This document shows, one piece after another, positions 10,877 through 22,569 of a DNA stretch of 64,000 nucleotides; the first letter of the stretch is position 1; the number at the start of each line of letters is the position of its first letter. The notes beneath the pieces were generated by a model, which was given only the letters and a program-made list of their open reading frames with translations, had not been told where the DNA came from and did no database searches. The DNA is from Octopus sinensis. Lineage: Eukaryota. The translations under genes were made by a program, and so were the position numbers. The stretch is from assembly GCF_006345805.1 (NCBI RefSeq), contig NC_043005.1, positions 34,596,001-34,660,000 of the forward strand, given 5' to 3'.

Positions 10877-11779
10877 CTGAAATATTAAAAAAAAAAAAAA
10901 CAGAATAGTAGGGTTGCTGATAAAATTAATACCAGTAGTGTATTGGGACCAATTCAACCAACTGTGCATTTGCTTTAGAAACCAAATAAATTACTGGTAT
11001 TTATTTCATGGATCAGAGAGATAAAAAATAAAGGCCATGATGACAGTGTTTAAATTCAGATCTAGGAAGTACTGGACTCTGTAGAATAATGAATTTAATG
11101 ATGCTCTTATTATTATCATTTGCCCAATCATAATTGAGTTAATATTCATTTCTTTCACCAAACCATCTGTAACCACTTCAGTAAGTAGAGGATAAATAAT
11201 AGATTGAAATAAACTAAGTTTATTGCAGGTGGTTAATTTATTGCTCCTGGAAGAACAAGTGATGATGTAATGATTTAAATGTGGAAACCTTAACTACTAC
11301 ATGAAGTACCATGGAGTCAGAAGTCAAGTAGATGTGTTTTTGTTTAGTGTGTGTCTGGGGAGTGGGTGAGATGAATATAAAATATTGAACCAGCTCTGTC
11401 AGGGTTTTATCCATCAAGCACCCATGTTCCTATTATACTAGTTACTTTCTACACTTTCATTGCAGGAATAATACTGATGGCAGATTAAATAAAATTCATC
11501 TCTATTAATGAGACTTGTAAAGACTTGAGAGAGAGGACACACACACACAAACAAACTAAATACAGTCCTGATCTCAAAGGCATTCCAGCCTTGACTATTC
11601 TGTATTTTCACATATACAAGACTACATTAACCAAAGTATCTTTTCTGGAGATGGTCGGGTGAGATATATGAAATTAGAAGATGAGAGGTGTAAAGTTGTA
11701 ATCTAAAGAAAGACTAAGAAAGTAAAAGATGAACTGAGAAAATTACAAATTATTTACAGATTGAATGAAAAAAACTACA

Positions 11780-12150
11780 AAGTGATTTGAGAAACGAAAT
11801 GTGTATGGTCTACTGAAGTGAGATATAAATATTAACAGACTTGTTATCAAATAAATTTGAGATGTGGGTATATGGAAGATTTTTGATTGAGAATAACATG
11901 AACAGACAATGGAAACTACAACGAAATACTAATTTCATTATACACCTTTAAGGGGAGAAAATGAAAATATTTCAGACAAGTTGAAACATAAAATAGATTA
12001 TGAAGTTTGTTCATAAAAGTCAAAATCAATAAGATCATTATACTATTAAGAATTAGACAGATTTAAAATATAGTGAATATATTAAAGGAGGGCACAAGAC
12101 AGGTTGACATGGAAATCTATGGAACTGAATACAGATAACCTGATGGGGAT
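11780..12150 (+). pseudogene. Highly decayed RTE/BovB-like RT C-terminal relic
   Basis: Broken frames read ...FEMWVY(G)RFL.LRIT.TD..NYNEIL..., resembling the RTE motif FEMWCYRRMLRISWTD..TNEEVL. Confidence 0.45.
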
Positions 12151-12360
12151 ATTGTTTGAAGGAAATTTGGCTGCTATTTGTAATAGATCAAGCAATTATG
12201 TAAAGGTTCCTATATTGTTTCATAAGACAAAATGTTAGAATCTTACTTAGTGTCTGCTAAGTATGTTTTTTCCTCCCTTGTTTATTATGATTTTATATGT
12301 GTATATCATAGGAGAAAAATTTATTACATAATCAGCATGTATTGGATGCTTATTTTGTGC

Positions 12361-12549
12361 TGGTGGTATGAGGAAAAGCACCTGGTACATGCTGTGAAGA
12401 GGCTGGTATTAGGAAGGATATCCAGTCATAGTAACCATGTTAAAAGTAGATACTAGAGCATAAGGCAGACCTTGGATACATCAGATCCTGCCAAACCGTC
12501 CAACCCATGCCAGCATGGAACATATATGTTAAATGATGATAATGATGAC
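12361..12549 (+). mobile_element. Old RTE tail copy
   Basis: Contains ggtattaggaaggatatccag...ccgtccaacccatgccagcatgg...gttaaatgatgataatgatg. Confidence 0.65.
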
Positions 12550-13734
12550 AACTCAACAATTTATTGATGTATTTTTTTTCCCAAATTAACCTACAGAGAG
12601 GAGGTTTCCAATCTTGCTGCTCTTTGATATATGTTACACAAGTATTTATACTAGGATAACTGTTGACGATACTATTATACAATCAAAGATAAATTCATAA
12701 AAAGATCTCTGTATCTAGGTGTGCGGATATGTGTTTATGTTTGTTTAAATAATCATGTTATTAATGAAGATTATAATTACTATTAATATATTATCATTGT
12801 TATTTAATTGATATGCCTTAATTTAATTACACATCATATGTTATAAATCAAACTATTATTACAGATTTTATTATCATTTTTGTCCCTCTAACTTGACTCC
12901 AACAATTGTGTTTGCACTCATTATGGCTGTATCCATTGTGATGGTAAATTGAATGAAAATAACGAACAGCTTTATATTTTAAAATACTTTAACTCACTCT
13001 AATTCATATAGAGACAATTACAGCAAAGTCTTTGTCGGGCCTTAAAGGTAGGGGGAGGGAGGAGGTAATTTTTATTTTTGTAATTGAATTAGCCGGTATG
13101 CAAACAATGATATAAAAATTAACAAACTATTAAAATACGTCTAGTTAATAGAATTCCAAAAACAAATAGTTTTTAGTTTTTTTTTTGCTGTCATAGAACA
13201 CTTTGAATGGTATTTATCAACACTGAGTAAATTATTCTTCACTACATCACATGATTATAATCACAAACTTGCCCCCAGTTGTTCTTTTCTAAGCAGATCT
13301 AACTCTCCTCATCCTGCCTCCCAATTGGAGAAACCTGCTTTTGACTCTCATGCTTTCATTTTTTGGACAAGAAATTAACATTTTCTTTCTTTTGGAGTTA
13401 CCAAAAATATAAAAACCCAACTATAATGTTCTTTCTGAAAGATAATTGCAGAGCAGAGCTGCCAGTTTTCTTGATTCTGTTTGATTCAACAAACTTTTGT
13501 AGTCTTGGAGTCATGAAAACCATAAGGTTGAAAATTAATGTAAAATTAAAGAACTGTTTCTTAATAAACCTCAGGCTTTTTCAAATGGCTGTGTGCCTAA
13601 GAAGTTCATATTGTAACCATGTGACTTCACACAGCACTCTGAATAAATGTCTTCGATATAAACCAGATCAGTAAATGGTTTTTGAGTGAGACTGGTCAAA
13701 AGAAACTCTACAGAAGCTTGTCAGATATTTACGA

Positions 13735-13915
13735 TTCCACATATATGTAGTGGTTTCCGTGAACAATTATTTGTTTTGTGAATAACTGAATGCCAAACCA
13801 TGAATAAGCGGCACATATGTAATGTGTGTGTAAAGTTTGGTGAAAATCAATTGAAAACTGTACAAATGCATATGTATTACACACACAGACACACATAGAC
13901 ATCTTTTGCTTTATA
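13735..13915 (+). mobile_element. HINE-like fragment
   Basis: Contains tgtaaagtttggtgaaaatcaattgaaaac...acacacagacacacatagacat...tttatat, which is related to 2200-2685. Confidence 0.45.
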
Positions 13916-14435
13916 TGTGTGTGTGTGTATTTACATGTGAGTATGTGTGTGTCCCCACTTGTGAGCATTTATGTGTGCATGCATATGCACATCTATGTTA
14001 ATGTGCTATTGTTTTGCTTATCAATGTGCAAGTGAAACAGTGAAATGATGTTTACATTCCTTGTTAACATTACAACCAGTCACTCTATATTTTCAAAGGC
14101 CAGTGAAATAATAATAAAAAAATCTCATATTTGGAGCAAAACTAAGTTAGGTTTTACAGAAGGCAGGACATCTGACCATAAACTGTTGCTGCTTCAAATA
14201 CACCATCATACAATGTCTGTTAGTAAAAATCAGATGTTACATGAACAAAATCATTTTCTGTTTAATGGAATCTGAAGTGTTCAAGAAAAGAAAAGAAAGA
14301 GAAGGGAAATATTTTGGTATTGGTTTCCCAAAATATTCCACATTTTAAGAGATCATGGATTAGTCAACTATAAAACACTCTTAATATAGCTAACTGCTAT
14401 ATTCTTTTATTTTTTAGAAAGACACACAAACATAC

Positions 14436-14590
14436 AAAACGGGCTTCTTTCAGTTTCTGTCTACCTAATCCACTCACAAGGTTTTGGTCAGCCCAAGGCT
14501 ATAGTAGAAGATACTTACCCAAGGCACCATGCAGTGGGACAGATCTCGAAACTAGGTGGTTGGGAAGCAAAGATTTTAATACATCACTTA
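14436..14590 (-). mobile_element. tRNA-derived SINE (family A) head
   Basis: Reverse complement of the 4885 head (cgggcttctttcagtttctgtctacc...ggttgggaagcaaag). Confidence 0.7.
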
Positions 14591-14618
14591 TTTTTAGTTT
14601 ACACTTAGCTAGCATGTT

Positions 14619-14665
<47 letters not shown>

Positions 14666-14749
14666 GGTGGGGGAGAGGAAGAGAGAGTCTAATGTGCATT
14701 GCTGTGAATGTGAACATGAAGTCAGGTCAAGAGAGAAAATAATTATTAC

Positions 14750-14859
14750 ATGGTGTCCTTTCTCTGGAATCTTCAACTGCACACAAATTCCTCCATGGTC
14801 ATATTCATTGAATTCCTCTCCGCTTGTGTCACAAATCGTGAATGTGAAAGGATTTAACA
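14750..14859 (-). CDS. UBA6: UBA6 coding exon W6 (110 nt, phase 1 to 0): (V)LNPFTFTICDTSGEEFNEYDHGGICVQLKIPEKGHH
   Basis: catgtttAG|TG TTA AAT CCT...CAC CAT|GTaata. Contains the motif PFTFTICDT...Y.HGGI..Q.K.P and lies inside track ORF 14609..14944. Confidence 0.94.
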
Positions 14860-15977
14860 CTAAACATGGAAAACAGAAAGAAAAGAAATGAATGTAATAC
14901 ATCTTTCTTCTAAGAAGCAACATACAATCAGACACATAAATCAATAAACATCATTATTAACAGCAGAAATAATAGTTATATATTAGCAAGAGAGACAGTG
15001 TTAATACTGAGAGGTAATATCTATCTCCACTTAAACAAGGATGTTCTGTTACAACAAAGCATACTGCAGTAGATACTATTTGAGAAATTCTGATATTGGT
15101 TTTTTTGGTGCAAAATGCACTTTTGTTTATAGTGCTAGCTGGGAGATAAAAAAAAAGGAAATAATAGTATTTGTAAGAGTATAGGATATTATTTGAGGGC
15201 AATCTGCCAGCTGTTTCTGGCTTGCTGTTTAACCGCACAGAGACTCTTTATAGGCTGCCCATGGTTGTACGAGTTTTAATCATATGTCTGTTTAGTTAAG
15301 AATGATAAGATTGGAGGAGAAGAAGAAGGAGGAGAAGAAGAAGAATGTGGCTTTCATTAAAGACACCGAATACCTATGTACTATACATCTAGAGCAAAGG
15401 TAACAACAACAGTATTGTCAACAACATTATAATAATAACTGCAGTAACAATATCACATACCTAACAATAACAATAGTATTAATAAAAACAAGGAAATTAT
15501 AATTACAACTGTAAAATAGCAGTGAGCTTAAAGTTTAGCCATTGTTCACAAACAAATATGACTGACAGCTAGCACCATAGATTCACTAATTGTTTTAAGT
15601 ACCAGTGTAATCATGAACAGATATAGACATCCTCTTGGGGTCTTTCACTTCTGACCCAGTGGAACATCAAGGATGTGATAGTTGGAGGGAGAGGAGAAGG
15701 GCTGTACCAATTATAGTCATTGGTATGCATTTACAGCTGACTAGACTGGAGCAATGTGAAGTGAAATGCCTTGCTCAAGGATACAATGTACAATTTGGCT
15801 CATGAATTGAACACACAGCCTTATGTTTATGAGTCCAATACATTAACCCTAACCCCCAGACCATGGACCTTCACAGTAGTCAGGCACAAACCTAAATTCA
15901 TAAAATATATAACCACAACATTTCTAACCACCAAAAACAACATAAAGGGAATAAAAGTATATAAAAATGGAACCTAC

Positions 15978-16101
15978 CAGAAACTGTGCAAACTTTTCCA
16001 TTGAGGGCTGTCATACCTTTAATTTCTTTGAAAGTGACCTTGTCTGCTGTCTGAAGATAATGTCGAGTATTTTCTAAACAACCCACAACACCTGGGTTCG
16101 C
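15978..16101 (-). CDS. UBA6: UBA6 coding exon W5 (124 nt, phase 0 to 1): ANPGVVGCLENTRHYLQTADKVTFKEIKGMTALNGKVCTVS (FCCH domain)
   Basis: attgccAG|GCG AAC CCA GGT...TCT G|GTaggt. Overlaps track ORF 15898..16086. Resembles UBA6 ANPGIVTCLEN...TFREINGMTGLNG. Confidence 0.96.
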
Positions 16102-16265
16102 CTGGCAATAAGAAATTACAAGCTCTTTGAGAAAATATTTCCAGATATAAAATACAAAATTTTAAAAATGTTAGGATGTAAGTTGTAGAAAATTTGAAAC
16201 TCAGTTGGTAACAGAACACTGTGATGATGAAGATAATTTCATGTTAGTAGTCTAAAACTTAATAC

Positions 16266-16388
16266 CTTGGTTATATTACCAATAAATACTTCCTTTGGTT
16301 CTTCTCCATTAGCATCAAAAATGTCAAATTCATCTCCAAAATCACAGAAGCATCCAGCAAAGACACCAAATACATCCCCTGATATAAA
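16266..16388 (-). CDS. UBA6: UBA6 coding exon W4 (123 nt): FISGDVFGVFAGCFCDFGDEFDIFDANGEEPKEVFIGNITK
   Basis: ttttcAG|TTT ATA TCA...ACC AAG|GTatta. Contains the conserved E1 motif FCDFGDEF...GEEP. Confidence 0.96.
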
Positions 16389-16464
16389 CTGAAAATAAAT
16401 TTATAAGCATTTATAAGAATAATAACAAACATTATAAGTGAGTAACAGATAATTTGGTACATAA

Positions 16465-17176
16465 CATCATCATCATCAACGAACCAGATGGCTGCACCAG
16501 GCTCCAATCTGATCTGCCAGAGTTTCTACAGCTGGATGCCCTTCCTAACGCCAACCACTCCGAGAGTGTAGTGGGTGCTTTTACGTGCCATTGGCACAAG
16601 GGCCAGTCTGGCAGTACTGGCAACAGCCATACACAAATGGTGTTTTTTATGTGCCACCTGCACAGGAGCCAGTCCAGCGGCACTGGCAATGACCTCGCTT
16701 GAATATTTTTTCACATGCCACCAGTACAAGTGCCAGTAAGGCGACGCTGGTAATAATCATGTTCAAATGGTGCTTTTTATGCGCCACCGGCACGGATGCC
16801 AGTCAGCTGTTCTGGCAATGATCCTGCTCAGATGATGCTCTTAGCGCTCCACTAGCACGGATGCCAGTCATCAAATTTGATTTCAATTTTGATTTCACTT
16901 GCCTCAACAGGTCTTTGCAAGCAGAGTTTAGTGTCCAATGAAGGAAAGGTACGCATAAGTGGGCTGGTTACACCCCTGGCATAGGCCATGGGTTATGGTC
17001 TCACTTGGCTTGCCGGGTCTTCTCATGCACAGCATATTTCCAAAAGTCTTGGTCACTAGTCATTGCCTTGGTGAGGCCTAATGTTCGAAGGTCATGCTTC
17101 ACCATCTCATCCCAGGTCTTCCTGGGTCTACCTCTTCCTCAGGATCCCTCAACTGCTAGGGTGTGGCACTTTTTCA
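16465..17176 (-). mobile_element. 5'-truncated RTE LINE (end of ORF2, 3' UTR and tail)
   Basis: (CAT)n at 16465, followed by ctggatgcccttcctaacgccaaccactcc. Near 17100-17170 it encodes ...TLAVEGS.GRGRPRKTWDEMVKHDLRTLGL. Confidence 0.85.
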
Positions 17177-17916
17177 AATATATTTATAGTGTTTTGGTGT
17201 AGTATATTGCCTGCAGTTATGTTAATTTGAAATGTTGATCTGAGCTTATTATTATGACATATTGTATATTAATAGGTATATATACTTAAACATTAGTCGA
17301 ATATATTGACCTAAGGCACTCTGACCTAATGCAGACCAGCCTGGTGTATTTGATTAGCAAATATTGGTCTGAAATGCATGTGTTGAATGAATGTGATATC
17401 ATTAACTTTAACTATATCATACAATGTTGGCAGTGATATGCTTTCATTCAATAAATGTTTTCAGTATAAAATAACAGAAGGGTAATAGTGTCCAGAATCA
17501 GAGAGTAAACTGCAATAATTTATCAGAAATGAAACAAAAAGTCACAGGAACTTTGGCAAAATGAACAGTTTAAATTTGGTAAAGTTGAAGGACCAATATG
17601 TGTTTTTCTAAGAAAAAAAATGGTGAGTACCTCTCTCCACAGCTCCTGATTTTGTGATGTAAAACCAGTTGTAACTACTTCACTAATAAGATTAATATTT
17701 TTTTAAGAGATAAGAACGTCACAATTTGAATTTACTTTTGAGAAAGCATAAAAGCTGCAAAATTCCTTTGATTATGAAAAAGTCTAATAAACATTTTCAC
17801 TAAACAGACACAGCACATAACTAAAAATATGTAGTATGGTTCTATAATTTTAAAGAATTATGAAAAAGAAGATTGTTTTAAATATTATTCTCCTAATTAC
17901 TGTAATTACAACTTAC

Positions 17917-17997
17917 CTTAATTGGAGGATTCTGTTGATGACAGAAATTATTCACCTTACGTTGGAGATTTAATGATGTTTCAGTTAATATAACACA
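17917..17997 (-). CDS. UBA6: UBA6 coding exon W3 (81 nt): CVILTETSLNLQRKVNNFCHQQNPPIK
   Basis: tttctAG|TGT GTT ATA...ATT AAG|GTaagt. Resembles vertebrate UBA6 CVVLTE...INDFCRSQCPPIK. Confidence 0.95.
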
Positions 17998-18083
17998 CTA
18001 GAAATTTAAGAAAAAATTATTTTAAGTTAAATTCACAGTTTAGTGTGTGAATATAAATACATACATACACACATGCATATATA

Positions 18084-18347
18084 CAGCACAAGGAATATTG
18101 CCGGGACATTTCCATTAAAGCTTCTACCAAGTGCGAACATAACAGGCTGAATATTGTTGCTTGGCATAGACAAGAAAAAGCATGTATTATTATAGAGGTT
18201 AGCTACCCAGCTGATGTGAACATCTCTTTGAAAATCAAAAAGAAAGAGGATAACTATGGACAACTGCTTTGATACACCCAGCTTCTATATCCAGATTATG
18301 AATTCACATTTATACCAATAATAATTGATGTAAACAAAAACCACTGA
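18084..18347 (+). pseudogene. Restriction-like endonuclease (RLE) fragment of an R4/Dong/NeSL-type non-LTR retrotransposon
   Basis: A single frame reads DISIKASTKCEHNRLNIVAWHRQEKACIIIEVSYPADVNISLKIKKKEDNYGQLL*YTQLLYPDYEFTFIPIII. This matches the HNRPDI..D...K.C.IIEV..P.D.N...K..EK...Y pattern, with PD mutated to LN and one stop. Confidence 0.75.
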
Positions 18348-19008
18348 AATTCAAGTGATATTACTTGTTTCCATTCTTCAGTGAAAACATGTCTGGCCTT
18401 AGATAAATATTACCTTGTTTGGAACAGAAGAGGGTTGGTGACAGGAAGAGCATCTGGACATAGAAAATCTGCCTAAGAATATTCCTCCTGTCCCATATAA
18501 GCATAGAAAAGTGGATATTAACTGATGATAGCTACATCATCATGGTAAACATTGTTTTTACATCTCTTTTTTCGATGCCACAATAAGGGTTTGGATGAAA
18601 CTTTAAGGAAATATTCTATGCCAGATGTTCTTCCTGATGCTAACTCTTGTTAATTTTTTGAGCAATATATTTCACTGGTCTTCACAGGCTGAACAGCTGA
18701 GCTAAGGGACATACTGAGACAAAGACATATGTAATTTCTGCCTCAGCAGTGTCAGTGTGAAGACATAAGGGGACAGACAAACACACAATAGGCATCCATA
18801 CAGTTTCCATTAATAAAATTTTGAAACTTCATCAACAAGGTATTGGTTGAACCAATGCTATATTAGAAAACACTAGCACAAAGGTTGCACAGTGGGAATG
18901 AACCCAAAACCACATTGTTGCAAAGCAAACTTCTTATCCACCACAGAACCATCAATGCCTATACATACATACAAACATACATACAAACACAAACATACAT
19001 ACATATAT

Positions 19009-19201
19009 AAACAATTTCAGCGTGGAAGGTGTTTATAAGACATTTAAGAAACACACAAAAACTGTTAGATTCACTTCAACATTTAAATTTGTCAAAATAT
19101 TTGCGTCGCTTTGAGACCATGACCTGTTCACTGACAAAATTCTGTGACGCAGCATGAAATTTCTTAAATGGCTTATAAAAACCTTCTACGCTGCAATTGT
19201 T
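19009..19201. mobile_element. ~190-bp element with ~43-bp terminal inverted repeats, set in microsatellite
   Basis: aaacaatttcagcgtggaaggtgtttataagacatttaagaaa (19009-19051) versus tttcttaaatggcttataaaaccttctacgctgcaattgttt (19160-19201). Confidence 0.7.
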
Positions 19202-19256
19202 TTCGTTCCAGCATACAATCTCAGATCAGGTCACTTGCTATGCAAGTACATCTCTG

Positions 19257-19310
<54 letters not shown>

Positions 19311-19699
19311 GTACATGCATGGATCAGATTTTGGCACTCTGTCAATTATGATGACGAGGGTTCCAGTTAACTCATCAACAGAACAGTATGCTCCTAAAAT
19401 TAATGAGCAAGTGGCTAAGCATTCCACACACGTGTACCCTTAAAGTAGTTCTCAGGGAGATTCAACATAACATAGAATGTGACAAGGCTGGCGTTTTGAA
19501 TTACCAGCTGAGTTGACTGGAGCAATGTGAAATAAAGTGTCTAGCTGAAGGATATAGCAAGCCACTGGGAATTGAATTGACAACCATCAGGCTATGTTCT
19601 TGAAATTCTTCATTTGTAGAGCCTATTCTTTATGATAAATATTCAAAGAATACAAACACACACACAGAACCTACAACATCATAATCATCTCCATTGTAC

Positions 19700-19811
19700 C
19701 TGATAATCTTTTAAATATGTGAGATCAGTGGAATCCTGAAGAGGAATTGAGGTGGTGTTTACGGTGACGTACGGGTTTAATTCAGCAATTCTCTTACAAC
19801 AGGCCTCAGCT
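19700..19811 (-). CDS. UBA6: UBA6 coding exon W2 (112 nt, phase 2 to 0): AEACCKRIAELNPYVTVNTTSIPLQDSTDLTYLKDYQ
   Basis: attttcAG|A GCT GAG...TAT CAG|GTacaa. Contains the E1 motif IAELNPYV, and the phase is compatible with W1 (CG+A = Arg). Confidence 0.95.
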
Positions 19812-20231
19812 CTGAAAATATAAATATCAATAATCACATTAGAAATTATGAAGAAAGAAAAGGAAAAAATGCTGTTTTAATATCAGTTGTAAAAGGGTTA
19901 AACCTAGGGGAGACAATCTGTTACCGTCAGAGTTATTTTCCTTGAAATAGTCCATTTTTAAGAAAATATCAAGATAATTTTGTTTCTCTTCTCTTACAGT
20001 AATAATGTACTTTTTATTTGTCCCTTTAGCTATAAACACAAAACCTTGTGTCTATATATCAACAATGAATACTGTTTTACTAGTTGGTATTCTTTTAGCT
20101 CAAGATAAAAAGCAAAAAGTGCAAAACCATGATAAGCAATCAAAATATATATTTAGAAAAATATTGAAAAAATAAATTTTGCAGGGAAAAAATGTTTTTT
20201 TCTCAGAATCATAGTCCCAGTATATCTCACA

Positions 20232-20275
20232 TAATAATAATGATGATGATGATGATAATAATAATAATAATAATA

Positions 20276-20345
<70 letters not shown>

Positions 20346-20346
20346 T
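20232..20346. repeat. (AAT)n/(GAT)n microsatellite
   Basis: Seen directly. It is the source of poly-Ile ORF 20100..20363. Confidence 0.95.
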
Positions 20347-20349
20347 CTT

Positions 20350-21650
20350 TCTACTATAGGCACAAGGTCTGGAATTTGAGGAGACGGAGATATTCGATTA
20401 CATCGACCCCAGTACTTGAATGGTTCTTAATTTATCGACCTCAAAAGGATGAAAGGCAAAGTTGACCTTGGCGGAATTTGAACCCAGAAAAATAAAACAA
20501 AAGAAGAAGAATTATTTTTGATATTAGCACAAAGCATGACATTTGTGGGAATGTCTAGTTGATTACATTGAGCCCGGTATTTGACTGGTACTTAATTTTA
20601 TCGAGCCTGTAAAGATGAAAGACAAAGTTGACCTTAGCAGGATTTGAACTCAGAATGTAAACAGCCAGAAGAAATGCTGCTAAGCATTTTATCAAGTGTG
20701 TTAACTGTTCTAGCTCTCGTGGTTTAACTGATTGGAAGTGTTATCATGTACCTGTTTTGCCTTCGTATAAAAGATGGGCTACAGCAAATATTCAGCCTAA
20801 TACCACAGATTTGTTTGTCAGTTGCTTGACCATAGCTAGTTGAGCATGTCCCTTAGTGGCTGATGATATGTTCATCTCTGATCATGAGCAGAAGTAGTGG
20901 GGGAGCATCATAGCCATGTGTTGAGAGGAATTATTTGGGGTTTGAATAATTTACCCCAGGAAACATTGGCGATTTGTTCAACACCCTTAAACAACCCTTA
21001 TTCAGGGACCTTTTGAGTGGGATGGGCTACTCGACCTGAAGAAATTTCTAACTGGGCTCCACCTGCAAGGTCATGTGCTGCTTAACTTGATATGAGATTA
21101 CAATGCCATGCATATATGGTTGTGGTGCATGTGCCTGGTGAACACATCATATGAGTAGTCATAATAGGTATATTGAGCTTCGTATATTGGTATCCCATTG
21201 TCACTTTGATAGCATGCATTGCTCAGTCACTCAATAATGATAATAATCCTTTCTATGATAGGCACAAGGCCTGGAATTTGCAGAGAGGAGACTAGTTGAT
21301 CACATTGACCCCAGTCAAGATTGGTGCTTAATTTATTCACCCTGAAAGGATGAAAGGCAAAATCGACCTTGGCAGAATTTGAACTCAAAACATGGTGACA
21401 GGCGAAAGACCGCTAAGCATTTCATCCAGCGTGCTAACGATTCTGCCAGCTCACTGCCTGAATAATAATAATAACGATCCATTCTACTAAAGGCATAGGC
21501 CTGAAATTTGTGGGGAGGGAACTAGTTGATCAATCCAGTGTTTCACTGGTACTTAATTTACCAACCCTTAAAGGATAAAAGGCAAAGTTGACCTCGGTGA
21601 AATTTGGACTCAGAATGTAAAGATGGAAGAAATGCCACAATCATTATCAT
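20350..21650 (-). mobile_element. Cluster of four tRNA-derived SINE (family B) copies around another interspersed repeat (20715-21240)
   Basis: Repeated motif aaaggatgaaaggcaaagttgacctt.g.ggaatttgaac(t/c)caga, the reverse complement of B-box gttcaaattcc plus the central core ctttcatcc...ggggtcgat, at 20445, 20612, 21345 and 21570. Confidence 0.75.
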
Positions 21651-21652
21651 CA

Positions 21653-22080
21653 TCGTCATCGTCATTTAGTTTCCATTTTCCATGCTAGCAAGGTAAGATG
21701 GTTTGATTGGGACTGGTAAGCCAGAGAGCTACACCAGGCTCCAGTCTGTTTTGCCATGGATTTTACAGCTTGATGCTCTTCATAAAACCAACCATTCCAC
21801 AGAGTATACTAGGTGCCTTTTACATGTCACCAGTATGGGTGCCTTTTATGTATCACTGGCATGGGTGCCTTTTATGTATCACTGGCATGGGTGCCTTTTA
21901 TTTGTTACCAGTACCGGCCATGACTATGATTTTTCTTAGCTTGACATGTTTTCTTAAGCACAACAAATCACCAATGGTCTCAGTCATTTGTCATCACCTC
22001 TGTGAGACTAAACATCTGAAAATCATTTCATTCAAGATCATAGTTCACCACCTCATCCCATGTCTTCTTGGGTCTATCAC
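21653..22080 (-). mobile_element. Decayed RTE 3' end
   Basis: (CAT)n tail, ttccatgctagca, gatgctcttcataaaaccaaccattcc, and internal 29-bp repeats gggtgccttttatgtatcactggcat. Confidence 0.7.
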
Positions 22081-22569
22081 TTCCATATTACCAAACAAAT
22101 TCAATATTTCCACTTTTAATTTGTATTCACAAACCAAAAGAATGGCTCCAGCTGTTTATCCATTTTAATGTTTCTACCTTCGGTCATATGATGATCACCA
22201 CTAGCTGACAAGTGTATCAACATCCTCACCAATCTAGTCACTGTGTTGCTGTCTGATCTCAGGTCAACCTTAACTGATCAGACATGTGATCAAAGGCATT
22301 CCATCCGGGACCATCCCTTTCACCGTATAAGGAGTACCTGGGAAAATATTATTCATTGTATATTTTCCTTCTTTAAAGCTGGTAGGATGTGATATGAGAG
22401 AGATTTGGTTGCTATTTTTGCAGAAGTGACTGTATACATGCTCCCTCTTCAGTTCATGTTGTTTTGTGGGTTCTCCTCAAAGGTTCCTACATTATAGTTC
22501 AAATTTACAGAAAACAAAAGATAAAGACAGGTGAGGAAATAACAAGCAGGTGTATTAATTTAATGCCCA

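Noticed and set aside
13570-13596. Possible 27-nt in-frame micro-exon (AHSHLKKPE) between W6 and W7 on the minus strand
   Set aside because: The polypyrimidine tract and donor (GTTTAT) are weak, and W6 and W7 already align to UBA6 without a gap. Likely chance unless junction reads exist.
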